A DNA stretch of 64,000 nt from the NCBI GenBank assembly GCA_027923505.1, contig BROI01000007.1, forward strand, positions 496,001-560,000, read 5' to 3'. Position numbers and translations under genes: made by a program. Shown in pieces: positions 1-12,182 of the stretch. Below the pieces are notes generated by a model, which saw only the letters and a list, made by a program, of their open reading frames with translations, searched no databases and was not told the DNA's origin. Every line of letters starts with the position of its first letter. Positions within the stretch are counted from its first letter, which is position 1. Source of the stretch: Mayamaea pseudoterrestris (Eukaryota).

Positions 1-231
1 GCTTTGTGAAAAGCCGCCATTGGGAACGGTCAACAACTCCATCGCGAGTGACGAGCAGCCAAGCATTCAATTTCTTCCTTGACTGCGCTTTGCTACGAAC
101 GAAAGAGTGCAGCTTGATTGTAATAGGATTCAATTTGCCCTTTACAGCAGCAAGCAAGCAATTACAATCTCGTCGACTCGCTGCAGCCACGAATTTTTCT
201 CTCTTCGGTTGCAATCTTGTAAACATATACC

Positions 232-2547
232 ATGCGCATCCTCAACACGTTTACCAGTGCGGTTCTGCTTTGCCTCCTCCCCGCTGTCAGCGCAGTTGGC
301 GGCAAGGTTGCTGCAACTGTTGCTGCTGCAGCAGCAAATAACAACAACAAACCCGCCGTCAAGGGTACCGTCTTGAAAGCCGAGACGGAGCAAAAGCTCA
401 AGCAAGGCCAGCGCCTTTCACGGCGTGAACGCAAGGAGGTTGTTCAGGCTGAAAAGACAAAGTACATTGAGCTCCGTCAAGCCGGCCAAGATGAGGTCTC
501 CAACACGGAGGAAGCTGCCGCCCTCCGCAACTACCGTCTTCGTAACAAGAAGCGCAAGGGCCTTATTCGCAGGCGACAAGCCTCCTTGGCGGATGTATTA
601 TTTCCTGGAGTTGCTCCAGTCGAGTACAGACAAGGCGAGCCGATTTGGATTTACGCTGATTTGGTGGAAAGTCGCAAGACGCCCATTCCCTACGAGTTTT
701 ATGACTTGCCAGGATGTGGAGTTCCGCCCGAGAATGAAGCCTTGAAGCGCATGCGAAAGCGCAAGAATCTTGGCATGCGTCTGCAGGGACACGATCCAAA
801 GGTTGCGCCATTTTCAAGCATTCGCGTGTTGGAGGACCGTGGGTGTACTCCCATTTGCAAGGTGGAGCTTGACAACAAGAAGCTTCGCTGGATGCGGCGG
901 CTCGTCCAGAGACAGTATCGCGTTCAAATGACGTTGGATACGCTTCCGGTGCTTATGCGAAGTAAGGCTTACAATTATGCTGTTCGCGGATATCCAATTG
1001 GTTTTCAAGCGCCGGCGTCTTTTGAAGAACTCAAGAGCGGAGAGCTTTACGTTTTTAACCACTTGAAGTTTATCATTACATACAACAGGGAGCAAAGTGC
1101 CGAGGGCGTTCGCATTACTGGATTTGACGTTCATCCCATTTCGGTCCGCCACGAGTTTGAGGCTGGAGCTCAAATTAACGAAAAATCATCTATTGCTTCA
1201 TGTGGCGGTTTGGACGTTGAGAACGACCCGAGCAAGTATCTGCTGTTGAAGAGCGAGGGTGCCGCACCGCTCTCCATTGTTTACAGTTACGAGGTGGAAT
1301 GGGAGGAATCTCAGTTGCCTTGGAGCGATCGTTGGGATGTGTACTTGGTTGGTAAGCGAATAACTCGTACGCTTTTGTCTCAGAAGGTTGTCTTTGCTCA
1401 TTGAATTTCTTTCGCCATTCTTTTCGCAGGAGCACCGGACGATGACTTGCACTACTTTAGCATTGTCAACAGTCTCATGATTGTGCTGTTTCTGACAGGA
1501 GCGATTAGTACCATTATGATTCGCACGCTGCGCAAGGATATCGCCGTCTACAATGAAATGGATGCCTTTGATGACGGAGCCGAGGAAAGTGGTTGGAAGC
1601 TTGTTCATGGAGATGTCTTTCGTCCGCCGCAGCATGGTGTCATGGTCTTGTCCATTTTGGTAGGAACGGGATGCCAGCTTGGTGTCTCCTTTGGACTTGC
1701 AATGCTTGCCGCCATGTTGCATTTGGTCAACCCCATTCAAAAGGGACAAACTTTGACGGCACTTCTCATTCTTTACGTTCTCTGCGGATCTGTTGCCGGT
1801 TATGTCAGCAGCCGTCTGTACAAGTTCATGGACGGATCGGCTTGGAAGCTCAACGCCATTTTGACGGCTGCTGGTTTGCCTGGATCCATGGTCGCTGTCT
1901 TTTGCGTCTTAAACATGTTTTTGGGCTTTGCAAACGCCGCGACACATGTCAGTGTCTTGACGGTTATTGCCTTGTTCCTTCTTTGGGTCTGCGTTTCGTC
2001 TCCATTGGTGTTTGTTGGTGCGTTCTTTGGTATTAAGGCAGAAAAGCTGGATGTTCCGACCAAGACAAAGCAGATTGCTCGCGTGGTTCCTCCGACACCC
2101 TGGCATGTGCAAGCGCCATACACATTCCTGATGGGAGGAATCTTGCCGTTTGGATCTGTCTGTATCGAGCTCGCTTTCATCATGAGCGCTCTCTGGTTGC
2201 ATCAGATTTACTATGTCATGAGCTTTTTGTTCGCCGTGTTGCTTATTTTGGCGGCCACTTGCGCTCAAGTCAGCATTGTGCTCACGTACTTGCAGTTGTG
2301 CTGTGAGGATCACCGCTGGTGGTGGTCTTCATTCTGGAATTGTGCGTCGGCTGGTGCCTACTTGTTCCTCTACAGTGTCTGGTTTTTGAGTAGTCGATTG
2401 GAGCTCGTTGGTGTCTTGCCAGTCGTGGTGTACTTGACCTATATGACGATGATAAGCATTCTGTTCGGATTGGTGTGCGGTTCCATAAGCTTCATGTCGA
2501 GCTTGTGGTTCAATCGCATGATTTACGGTGCCGTCAAGGTGGATTAA
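232..2547 (+). CDS. Transmembrane 9 superfamily (EMP70/nonaspanin) protein, 2 exons (intron 1352-1429)
   Basis: Signal peptide; lumenal domain (PYEFYDLPGC, VFNHLKF, YSYEVEW..S..PWSDRWDVY); HYFSIVNS, ESGWKLVHGDVFRPP, GGILPF, EDHRWWW, C-terminal VKVD. GT..AG intron joins the two ORFs in frame. Confidence 0.95.
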
Positions 2548-2874
2548 AGAAATATATCTGTGGAGAGTTGATGCAATTTTGCGCGGAACTGCAGTCGGCG
2601 GCTGTTGCTTGCAAACAATCACTAATTCAAGACCATTGGTATAAACAGATTAGGTTACATTATCTTCTATTAGTACTGTAGAAGTAGACAATATAAAGCT
2701 CTCAATGTCATCACAGCCGATGCATGGTAATTATGTTTGGTAACGATACCGATACGACATTGAGGCAAATTGCTTCGCTCATTCATCGCGCAAATGCTCA
2801 TTACTCTTCGTGTCGCTATTGCACCTCACAAGTATCATAGACGTGTTCATTTGCATGCGGCTTCATGCAGAAGG

Positions 2875-3732
2875 ATGAACACAATGATGAGTGTGAACGG
2901 TGCTCTTTGTTTGCTCCTGCTGCTTGGTTTCTGTCAAGGTTTTTCAGTCGTACTCGAACCCTCTCTTACAAAGAACATTGAGTTTCAAAAAGCCAGAGAC
3001 GCAGACATTTTTAGTCATGATATGGGCTCGAGATGGACATCATCTATTGTTACATTGCCAGATAGGCGAGCTTCCCCTGCACTGTGGAATCGCCTTGTCC
3101 CAAAACTATGGGAGGATGCAAGAAGTTTCGATTCGACGCGAGTTTGGACAAGCTGCTCCTGTCGGCATGATAGTGAATTGACAGCGACGCGACAAGCAAT
3201 GCACGAATGGATAAATGCGGCGTTTCCAATCACAGACGAATCAGTCAAGCTGCAATGCGCTGCAGAACTAGCATCATTTGCAGAAGCATTTGTCAATGCC
3301 GTCCGTAGACAGCAACTTGAACCACAAGCCCCGCGATTGACATTCAAGGCCCGCATCGTTGCCAGCAGAGGTTCCGTCGCCACCAAGTGTCCTCGGTGGC
3401 ACGTGGATCATGTGTTTGTTCGTCATATTCAGTCGCTCGTTGGGCCCGGTTGCGCGTTTATGGAGTCGACAGATGAGGATTGGAGTGGTATGCAGGCTCG
3501 GTTCGACGCCAACGATGACAGCTTGACGACGGAGGAATGGAACCGACAATTGATCGGTTCAAAAGCATGTACTCGACAAGTTTCAGAAGGTCAAGCCGCC
3601 TTTTTGGTTGGAAACCGGTGGAAGGAGTTTGCTGGCTACGAGCTTGCCCCATGTGTGCATCGGTCGCCGCAGGGCTTGAAGCCATGGGAGGGACGCGTCC
3701 TTTTCACCATTGATATAGTAGACGATGCATGA
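2875..3732 (+). CDS. DUF1826-like protein (2OG-oxygenase-like fold), probably plastid-targeted
   Basis: CPRWHVDHV, GPG, HRSP and RVLFTID motifs. Hydrophobic leader followed by CQG-FSV. Start codon uncertain. Confidence 0.7.
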   Translation: MNTMMSVNGALCLLLLLGFCQGFSVVLEPSLTKNIEFQKARDADIFSHDMGSRWTSSIVTLPDRRASPALWNRLVPKLWEDARSFDSTRVWTSCSCRHDSELTATRQAMHEWINAAFPITDESVKLQCAAELASFAEAFVNAVRRQQLEPQAPRLTFKARIVASRGSVATKCPRWHVDHVFVRHIQSLVGPGCAFMESTDEDWSGMQARFDANDDSLTTEEWNRQLIGSKACTRQVSEGQAAFLVGNRWKEFAGYELAPCVHRSPQGLKPWEGRVLFTIDIVDDA

Positions 3733-3952
3733 TCATATCTTATATAACATATAGACATTTTATATTCGATAAGTCTATGTAAGCAATTGACTCGGTTAGC
3801 CGAGTAATGCACGAGACCATACATTAGTTGGAGTACGTGACATTTTGCTGTCGTCGAATGCGCGTCGTGATAACTTTTAAATGCCCACGCAAATAAGGCT
3901 CGCCGGTCAGCCCAAGCTAGTAGAATAAAGGCAACTTCATGCCAAGCATTTT

Positions 3953-4837
3953 CTATTCTCCTTGCGTCCGTTCTTCGTCCAGCAAGCCTTCTGGACTACT
4001 ATTCACACCAAAGTGGAAAATCGGGCCTTGCGCAATTTGCGACGGCGCATTAACCACGTCAAGCTCATCAATCGCTTCCACATTGTGATCCGCCCACAGC
4101 AACAGCTTGGAAACTTGATTCTTGTGAAGCAGACTCATGAATTCCTCCGCCACGGCATTGCATCCTTCGTTCCATAACCAGTTATTGTCCTTCATGGCGT
4201 GCAGACTCGTCTTGACCGTCTGCAATGCATCCCATTCATCTTGCCATCCCGCTGACGCGCTGGCCAATTGCTCAACTTGATCATCTGTTAGTCCCAAGAC
4301 GGCGCGAAGCTCCTGTTCGAGCGCTGCATCGTGACCCATGCGATGCAACACATATTGCTCCTGCATCATTTCCTCAAGCATGCCAATGTATTCCAATTGT
4401 TGCTCCAAAATGTCAGTGGCCGTTTGCTGACGCTCCGCCGTGCTCAACACTTGTTGGCCGCGATCCATGGAAAGCGCTTCCACCAAGGCCCGAGGATTGT
4501 CCTGGGTGCCCCACTCATGCACTTGCAGTTGCTCGAGCGTCTTTTCCAATATACCAACTTCTGTTTCATACGCGTCAACCTGAGTAAATTTGCATAGGTT
4601 GAAAAGACATGAGAGAGTGTGACGCTGAGCTACGTTAAAACAACATGCAAAGACTTTAAAGTCTAAACATCATGTAGTACGCACCAAATTCTTTTTGCGA
4701 AGCCGCCGCAACCGTGCACTCGCTCGGTTCCGCGCCAATCGCTTTTGCCGCTTCTCCTCCTCCTGCTTGGCGCCGTACGAAGTCATGTCCGGAAGGCTCA
4801 TGCTACGTTGCTGGGCGGGTTGCTGAAAGGGTATTAA

Positions 4838-4868
<31 letters not shown>

Positions 4869-5476
4869 ATAGTAGAGGATGCTACTGTGGCACCTGTTCC
4901 AATTGGCAGCGGCGAAGGATTCATGGAAGCCCTTGTCGCTGCATTTGCATGCGCAATATTGTGTGCCGCCATGGAAGGTGGCAATGTACTAGGCGGCGGC
5001 ATGCTTGCATTGGATGCAATATTTCCCAAGGACGCGCTGCTTGCCATTGTATTTGCTGACTGCTCGGGCGGAAGTAGCTGCTGCTGCATCGATGATGGGT
5101 CGACCAATAGATCATGCTGCTGTTCCTGCTGAAAGTCTGGACAAGAGGCAGCCGTTGGTAGAAAGCTGTTTGGAGTCACGCCCTGTGCCAGAGCCATGGC
5201 TGTTGCTTCGGCTCCACGACGATAGGCCTCCTGCAAGGCTTTTTGGTAGTCCTCCGTAGACAACGGAACCTCTGATGCTAAATTGGTGGATGTCTTGTTA
5301 TTATTGTTCGAATTAACTGACGAGTCTCCGGCGTGTTCCGACGAAAGTATTGAAGTAGACGTGGGAAAGACGGGGAGCGGAGGAGTACGCCATTGTCCGG
5401 CAAAAGCGGCGCGTTTCTTAGGCTCGTCAATTTCCGCGTCGGAAGCTTTGCGACCACAGTCGGGTGGAGCATCCAT
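3953..5476 (-). CDS. bZIP transcription factor, 2 exons (intron 4580-4684)
   Basis: Basic region EEKRQKRLARNRASARLRRLRKKNL splices in frame to VDAYETEVGILEKTLEQL (zipper). Gln-rich N-terminus. Confidence 0.88.
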
Positions 5477-5965
5477 AATGTCTTTTTGACTGGGTAACAG
5501 CTGCCTGCTTGGATTGCCGGATCGCAATAAGAAACAGCGCGCTCATTGCTGAGATCATCGTCGTCGCTCATCGTCGAGTTGACGATCGTCGACGCAAAAA
5601 TATCGCAGAGGAATCCGACTGCTCATCTGCGATCCCTGAAAACCGCTACGACGGTTGAGGTCCAGTGAGCTACGTACAAGTACAAGTACTTGCACCGTCC
5701 CATTGCCATATCCGCAATGTCTACTGCATCCATACAATGATACATGCAGCTTGTTAAAAGAGTCTGTGGAGGTTAATGATACACGCGCATCTGTAGAGCG
5801 ACTTTTTAGGAAAAGGTTTGTTTCAACGACTCGCGTTAACCGCAACAAACTGGCGAGCTCTCGCAAGTACTATTAAATTTACGGCTAGTTAACGTAAACA
5901 ACTCTTCCTATACTAAGAAGGACAGTGGTTTATCTAAAAATGAAACGGACATAGAAAACTCTTTC

Positions 5966-6819
5966 TCAAAACCATCCTTCATCGTCATCAGCCACCGTGC
6001 CTAGAGCTAAAGCTTCCGTCTTGCGCTTGCGGAGAGCAAAGACGTTGGCAAAGCGCACCTGCAGCGACGGCTTTGGACCATCCATGGATTTTTCAAAGCT
6101 ATCCCACCGCTTCGATTGAGTGCGCTGGGCTTGGCGCTCGGCGACGCTGATTTCGCTTCGTTTGTGGCCAGCGGCGAGCAACCAGCGTTCGCGAACATGG
6201 CGCGGAATTGGCTGGTCACTCGGATACCTTGAAGGTTGCTTGGTCTCTTCGAATTCGTCAATTGATGTTGTAAATGTGTCAAAGCTAGTCCATGTAATTG
6301 TGAGTGGTGCGCCCGTGCTGTGGAAAGGAGACGACGCGCGATGGGTGAGATATTATTTATGCTGACATGTTCTGACCCCGTTAAAAAATCTCTACCGTAC
6401 CTCACAGCAGGATTGTCGCCCAGCAAACGTCCATGCGAGTGCACATCCACACATCCAAAGGAAACGTTCTTCAAAGTTTGAGCAGCATCATCTGGAGCCG
6501 CTCGATACCTATGAGAAAGCGATTCGTCTTGGGTCGCAATTTTGAGGCAGGGGGAGGAAACAAAGACATCGCTCGCATTGCTCACGGAACGACTCGAGTC
6601 AGTCAAGCTTTCACAGCAAGTAGTAGCGTCCCAGCTAGGTGCTGACCGCAAGGAGGAAAAGACGGACTGCTTCCACGACACTCGGCCTGGTCGCTTGGAG
6701 GTTCCCATGTTCTTTTCCATTCGAATCTTCGATTGTGATGACTCTGATAGTCGTGTGTTTGCGTTGTCGTCAAAAGGAGCGACCGATGAGTGACCATGAG
6801 AGTAGCAAGTTGAATTCAT
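5966..6819 (-). CDS. Hypothetical protein with the diatom-common VxF.xV...LGDNPxV.xGxPLT..W motif, 2 exons (intron 6318-6400)
   Basis: VSFGCVDVHSHGRLLGDNPAV splices to STGAPLTITW...RERWLLAAGH through a GT..AG intron. Confidence 0.7.
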
Positions 6820-7952
6820 CTTGGTGCTGCCGTTTCGAAAGAATTTTTGTGCGCATGGTGATTCTTTCCGTCAGTGAGGAAGATGAGCGAGTGTCTGCAG
6901 CGGTTACAAGAGCGACCAGCATGGGATTGCACGATCTGCCGGCAGAACGGTCCGCAAGCTCATTTATCGAGTGTTCGGAGAGGTTCGTGTCCATTGACAC
7001 TTTGAAGAAGTGACCATTCCCTATGAAAAGTAACAATTGACACTTTCATGAGTCATTTATGGAAATGAACGATTGGTTCAAATCAGAACCGGTAAGACGG
7101 TCCTGCCGCTCCAGTTCTGCATCATATACTCGAAGTACTGTACTTGTACCTCCCTACCGAAACACTGTTAAAATGATCGTTTGCGGGGAGTTATAAGACC
7201 TGCTACTTGTACTACTCGTATTACGCTGTATCGAACAGCTCTGACATCCGTGAGCGTGCCGCCTCCTCTAAGAGTCCTATGCTCCAGCAGCTCTTTCTTG
7301 ACGGTGGTTGTGTTGTTAGAGAAGCTGGCTGGATCAGTCTACCGGTAGATAATATGTAAACATCGTAGACAGGTTTAAGCCTCCGAAGCAATATTATGTA
7401 TGATCAAAGTTAATCCGCAGGTGGCCATTCCGTACTGTAACAAAGCATGGCTCCAGGCGGTTGCCATTCGTCATCACCGCCGCATCTGCATCACTCTTCA
7501 ATGCTTATTGATCTTTTGGTCAATATCAAAATCCCGCGCGACACTTATATAGGCCGCTTCCAGCGACGTCGTGAGGCGCGTATGGAGATTCACATATCGA
7601 CAACTCCCACTCGACGAACGAATGGAAGCCTTCCATTGCCAAGGGCCGAAGCGTCATGTCTTGCTTTGTTGGTCACGGGCGACGAGTTTGCGCTTCATCA
7701 TGACATTTTATTGAGAAGCCTTCTATTGCCTCATCTTTTTTCTACTATTGCTCTGTCTCGAGCTATTTGAGGCATAAGCATTTGATGAGTCATATACAGA
7801 TGATACGTCAGTAATGCTTGTCATCGACCCTTCGTTCGTGACCTTCGACGGAGGATCCTCGTCAGTCTCCGTTCCGCCTTCGCCATCAACTCCGGTGTCT
7901 CCGGCTCACTCGTTTCAGTAGTCAATCTTGTCTTGTTCAGACAAGGCAACCA

Positions 7953-8489
7953 TTGACCATGAATGTTGTCGAACTAGAGCTCACCGTCGCTTCGACTGGT
8001 AATCATACGAGTATTGATACAATGGCGCCGACGAAGGACAACAACAGGCCTTCAGGTGCTGGTTTGAAATTTGCCGAAGATTATGGGCGGCTCGACCAGG
8101 TTTACATGGATGCTCCTAGGTCGTCATCGTCGGAATTGCCCGACTGGCTAGACACCAGCAGTCGACACTCACGCGACTTGGTTGATATGGAGGGAGGTGG
8201 AAGGAGTGGCTATGGCGCTTTTGCCAAGAGCGAGCGACAGCCGCGACGGACGAGCAAAAAAATAATCGGCCCAGCGCATGTCTTTGAAGATGACGAAAAG
8301 CCAGAACGCATGAGCATCACTTACGATGACGATGATCTCACGCGCAGGATTCGAATGAGTTTAATTGTTTGCCTAGTGTTGGTGCTGTTGGGAATATTGG
8401 TCAGTGTCATCTGGGCCATTGTTTCATGCCAGCCTGTGGGAGAGAATGTTTTTGATGATGTCGAGATTTTTGATGACCAGCTCAATTGA
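7953..8489 (+). CDS. Hypothetical single-pass membrane protein
   Basis: 178-aa ORF with one C-terminal hydrophobic helix (LIVCLVLVLLGILVSVIWAIV). True start may be the ATG at 7959 or 8022. Confidence 0.6.
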   Translation: MTMNVVELELTVASTGNHTSIDTMAPTKDNNRPSGAGLKFAEDYGRLDQVYMDAPRSSSSELPDWLDTSSRHSRDLVDMEGGGRSGYGAFAKSERQPRRTSKKIIGPAHVFEDDEKPERMSITYDDDDLTRRIRMSLIVCLVLVLLGILVSVIWAIVSCQPVGENVFDDVEIFDDQLN

Positions 8490-9350
8490 ATACAGTAGCT
8501 ACTGTAGTTTATGTATAACCTTTTGAAGCCATGCATGTGATTACAAATTCTGTCTATGCCAAATTATAAGCATTATCGCGCAGCCCAATTGTGGATTCGG
8601 CACTATCGCAGCTCGCTCATCCATGCCTACCGGTAAAAGTTTCTTAGTGAGACTCTTGACAAGATTGACAAGCGTTTGGGCTCATTTCTACTTGCCAAAT
8701 AGTAGTTCTATGCCCTCTTGTCCGCTGGTGATCGAGCAAAGTCAGAGAGCATTAGCTGAGCAGCAGCTATCGGCTGCGCATGCTCAGCTCAAGTGAAGAT
8801 TAGGCACGCGCTACTAACAAATTCCGGTATTCAACAGTCTATCCATTTGGAGTAAACTAGAGCTGCCTTTGCTTTGGCATTGGCGACCGACTGCCTAAAA
8901 TAATGAGGCAACGGATGGTTTGGCCAAAATCTGACCGCACTATGCTTCTAGCAACGGAAGGTATGTCAGAGCGCATTGGCGATCGCTAAATGTGAACATA
9001 GCAACAAATGAAGTCGATGCAACCCATGGGTAAAGAATTTTAACTCGTCGATGTACTGTTAGAGTAGTGCAATAGCTTGTTTCGCGTTGTCCCGCCGAGT
9101 TGAAGATTGATCATGATCGGCCCACTCGCAAGAGCCGGGCGGACAGTTTTCAACGTAACTGAACGATTTTGTGTTGCGCGCCGGCCGAGCAGATCGGTCA
9201 CGCTTTCTATCGCAAGATTGGCAACCGCATCGAAATTATGTGCACCCCATTCCTTCCAAAATTGTCGGCAAATCCGTACGCGTTAGCCTTGCTCCTCATT
9301 CGCAGCAGCATAATCAGAAACGATTCTGGTGAAGCTGCGAAACCACAAGA

Positions 9351-11902
9351 ATGGATCAACGAAACAATAGCAACAACATTGTAGATGATTCATCCGTCTC
9401 GGATATTTACACGACGGATGGAGCGAACAAAGATGAGTTCCGAATCGACCAGGAGGACACGATGAAGCAGATGAAGTATTTGCTCGATAGCACTTTGTTA
9501 GTACGCCGTAACGACGACGAGGATCTTGGCGAAGTATCTGACATGAACGACATTGACAACGACAGCAACGCGAGTGTTCTGAGTGACAATGCGCTTTTCC
9601 GAGCCGAGGTGGAGGTACGCACTCACTGCTTTGTCGCGTCGATCAAGTTTCGATCAGTCTTCGTTTAACTTACTTCGTGCCATCATTCCTCTCATTTATA
9701 CAAATCCAGGCTGAAGAGCGAAAGATCATGGCCGAGTACAACTTGGGACCCGACTTCGAACGGGCCGTCAGCAAGGCAGCGCCAGCTTCACCCCCAGCTG
9801 CCAGACCAATCCATCGGATCCGACCAAGCGCATCGGAGGAAGAAAAGAGCATGCGAGCAGTTAGTGAAAGCAGTTCCGTTGAGGTGGAAGATTTGTTAGC
9901 TGGAGGAGGAGCCGAAGCAAGTGAAGCCGGGTCGTCCTTTGTCGCGACGCCCGCACCATCCGTTCGAGCCCAGCGCTATAATGAAGAAAATATGCACACG
10001 CCAGTCAAAATGAGTCTAGCGCGAAAGGCTTCAAAAGAGGATGACGAGGTATTAGGGCCAGAAGACGAACAATCGCTGCCGAGTCAGCTGCTCGATGCAG
10101 GATTAGCGAAACGACTGCAGGTGCTGTCGCAGGAACCACTATTAGCGTCAAAGGCAGTCTCGCCTGATCGTACGGAAAAAACGTTCGTCGAGCAATCGCC
10201 GGAACGCACATTTAAAGACCCAGAAAGTCAACAATACATTCATGAGGGCAATCGGCCGCCATCAATGATTATCATCGGAGGTCCTTCTGGAAACAACGAG
10301 GAAAAGGCGGCGAAGCCATTGGGAGACGAAGAAGAACGTCCTAAAAGTTGTTTTCGCAGAATGACAGAAGACAAATTGGGTCGGCTGGTTCTTGTGTTAC
10401 TGTTTATATTGCTCGTTGCCGTTGCAGTTGCTGTATTTTCTCTAGTCAAGTACGGGAAGAATGGACAATTAATGAGCTCTACTAGTAAGGAAGATACGGC
10501 GCCAAACTTAAATTCGACGAACAATGTTACGGAATTTCCCGCATTTGCTGATGAGAGCCTGCAGCCTACAATTTACGTGACGGAATCTCCGACGAAGTCT
10601 CCGATTGAAGAGCAGAAGAAACCTGCTGCACAAAGGACGGATTCGCCTACTTCACTTCCTAAATTGGCGAGGACGGACTCACCGACAGATCAACCCACAG
10701 ATCAACCGACAGCTGAATCGACAGACCAACCGACGGACGCGCCAACTTACTCTCCTAGCCTACTGGCAACCAATGAACCAACAGTGCCGCCAGTGGCAGC
10801 AGCTCGAACTGATAGCCCCACTGTTTCGGAATGTGTGGATGATGCATCTGCTACAATTTATGTGAATGACAGATTTGGGGATCAGTCATGTTCGTGGCTC
10901 TCGGACAAGCCAGGGCAGACGAAACGTCTTTGTGCTGGACGGGCCAAGGATGTATGTTGCGCTACGTGCTCCGGTGCGGCAGAAACTACCTCGGTGCAAG
11001 CTCCGACGACGAGTTCTCCGACCAAGGCGCCCGTGCAAGCTCCGCATACTTCCGCTCCAACTGCGCTTCAAGCGCCCATGCCAAAACCCACACGGAAGCC
11101 CTCTCCTGCTCCTGCGGTGCCAGTAACACAGGAACCAATGCTCGAGACGGGAGAACCTACAGCAGCGTTTCCTTCCGTCCTTGATAGTCCCACTCAGGCC
11201 AATGCTGGAGACGCTGGTGGAGCTGCGGAAGTGCAAAATTCAGCAAGTGGAATGATTACTGGCATAGCGAATGATAAGACGCGGGCGGCGATTGCGACGC
11301 CGGGGTCGCCGCAGGCGAAATCTCTGCAATGGGTGGAAGATAATTTGTCATCCCAGGAAGAACACAAAATTAAGCAAGCATTTGGTTTGGCGACGTTGGC
11401 GTACATGACGAACCATCAGAATTGGAAAGATAATGAAGGGTGGCTCAACGGTGGCACAGACATCTGCAGTTGGGCTGGGGTCAATTGCGACAGCGGCGCC
11501 GTTACTAAAATTGACTTGAGTGGAAACGGTGTAGAGGGAAAGCTACCAGGTGAACTATCATATGTGGGTTTCCTTACTCATTTAAATTTAAGCGACAATT
11601 CGCTCAAAGGCAGACTTCCCAAGCCCCTTGGCTCGCTATCGAGCCTGCAGTCGCTTCAACTTCAGAACAACAACTTCTCTGGCCCAATCCCTCCTGGCTA
11701 TTCCAAATTGTCACAATTATCAGAGTTGTATCTGTGGCACAATAATCTGACCGGTACCTTGTCAAGCGAGATATGTGAGCTCCCTAACCTAACCGACGTC
11801 AACGTCGATTGTCGCGAAGTTGAAGCTGAATGCTGGACCACATGTTATTACTTGTGCGGAGAAGACAGTGGCGTCACATGCGACGACAACTTTGAACCGT
11901 AA
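9351..11902 (+). CDS. Type II membrane protein with Pro/Thr stalk, six-Cys module and C-terminal leucine-rich repeats, 2 exons (intron 9615-9709)
   Basis: TM helix LVLVLLFILLVAVAVAVF; PTxxPT repeats; LRR cap ICSWAGVNC; LxLxxNxLxGxLP repeats. Phase-0 GT..AG intron. Confidence 0.85.
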
Positions 11903-12182
11903 GCCGAGGTGTTCGACAGTTGCATGTAGTGAAAATGAATGTTTTAGCCTTTTTAGCAGATAGAAACCACAGAAAATGAGTAAACAATGATTGTTTTGCA
12001 TGTAACAGCTCGCATCAGTCCAGCGGTACAGAGGTAACACGCTTGGAGCTAGATTTGAGTCGTCTTTCGTTTTTTGTCGCGCACTATGGAAGGCACCGGC
12101 AGTGAATTGTATTCCGCTGGAGCCAAATGAGTAATGCGCCAGTACTCCCTGTGTTTGCCAGTAGCTTACGTACCTGTTATAT

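Noticed and set aside
4840..4870. (CTG)n tracts here and near 48007-48056
   Set aside because: Ordinary polyglutamine coding repeats.
7447..7770. 107-aa ORF; likewise 9169-9384, 39181-39872 and 50814-51262
   Set aside because: No motifs or splice support; consistent with chance ORFs in intergenic DNA.
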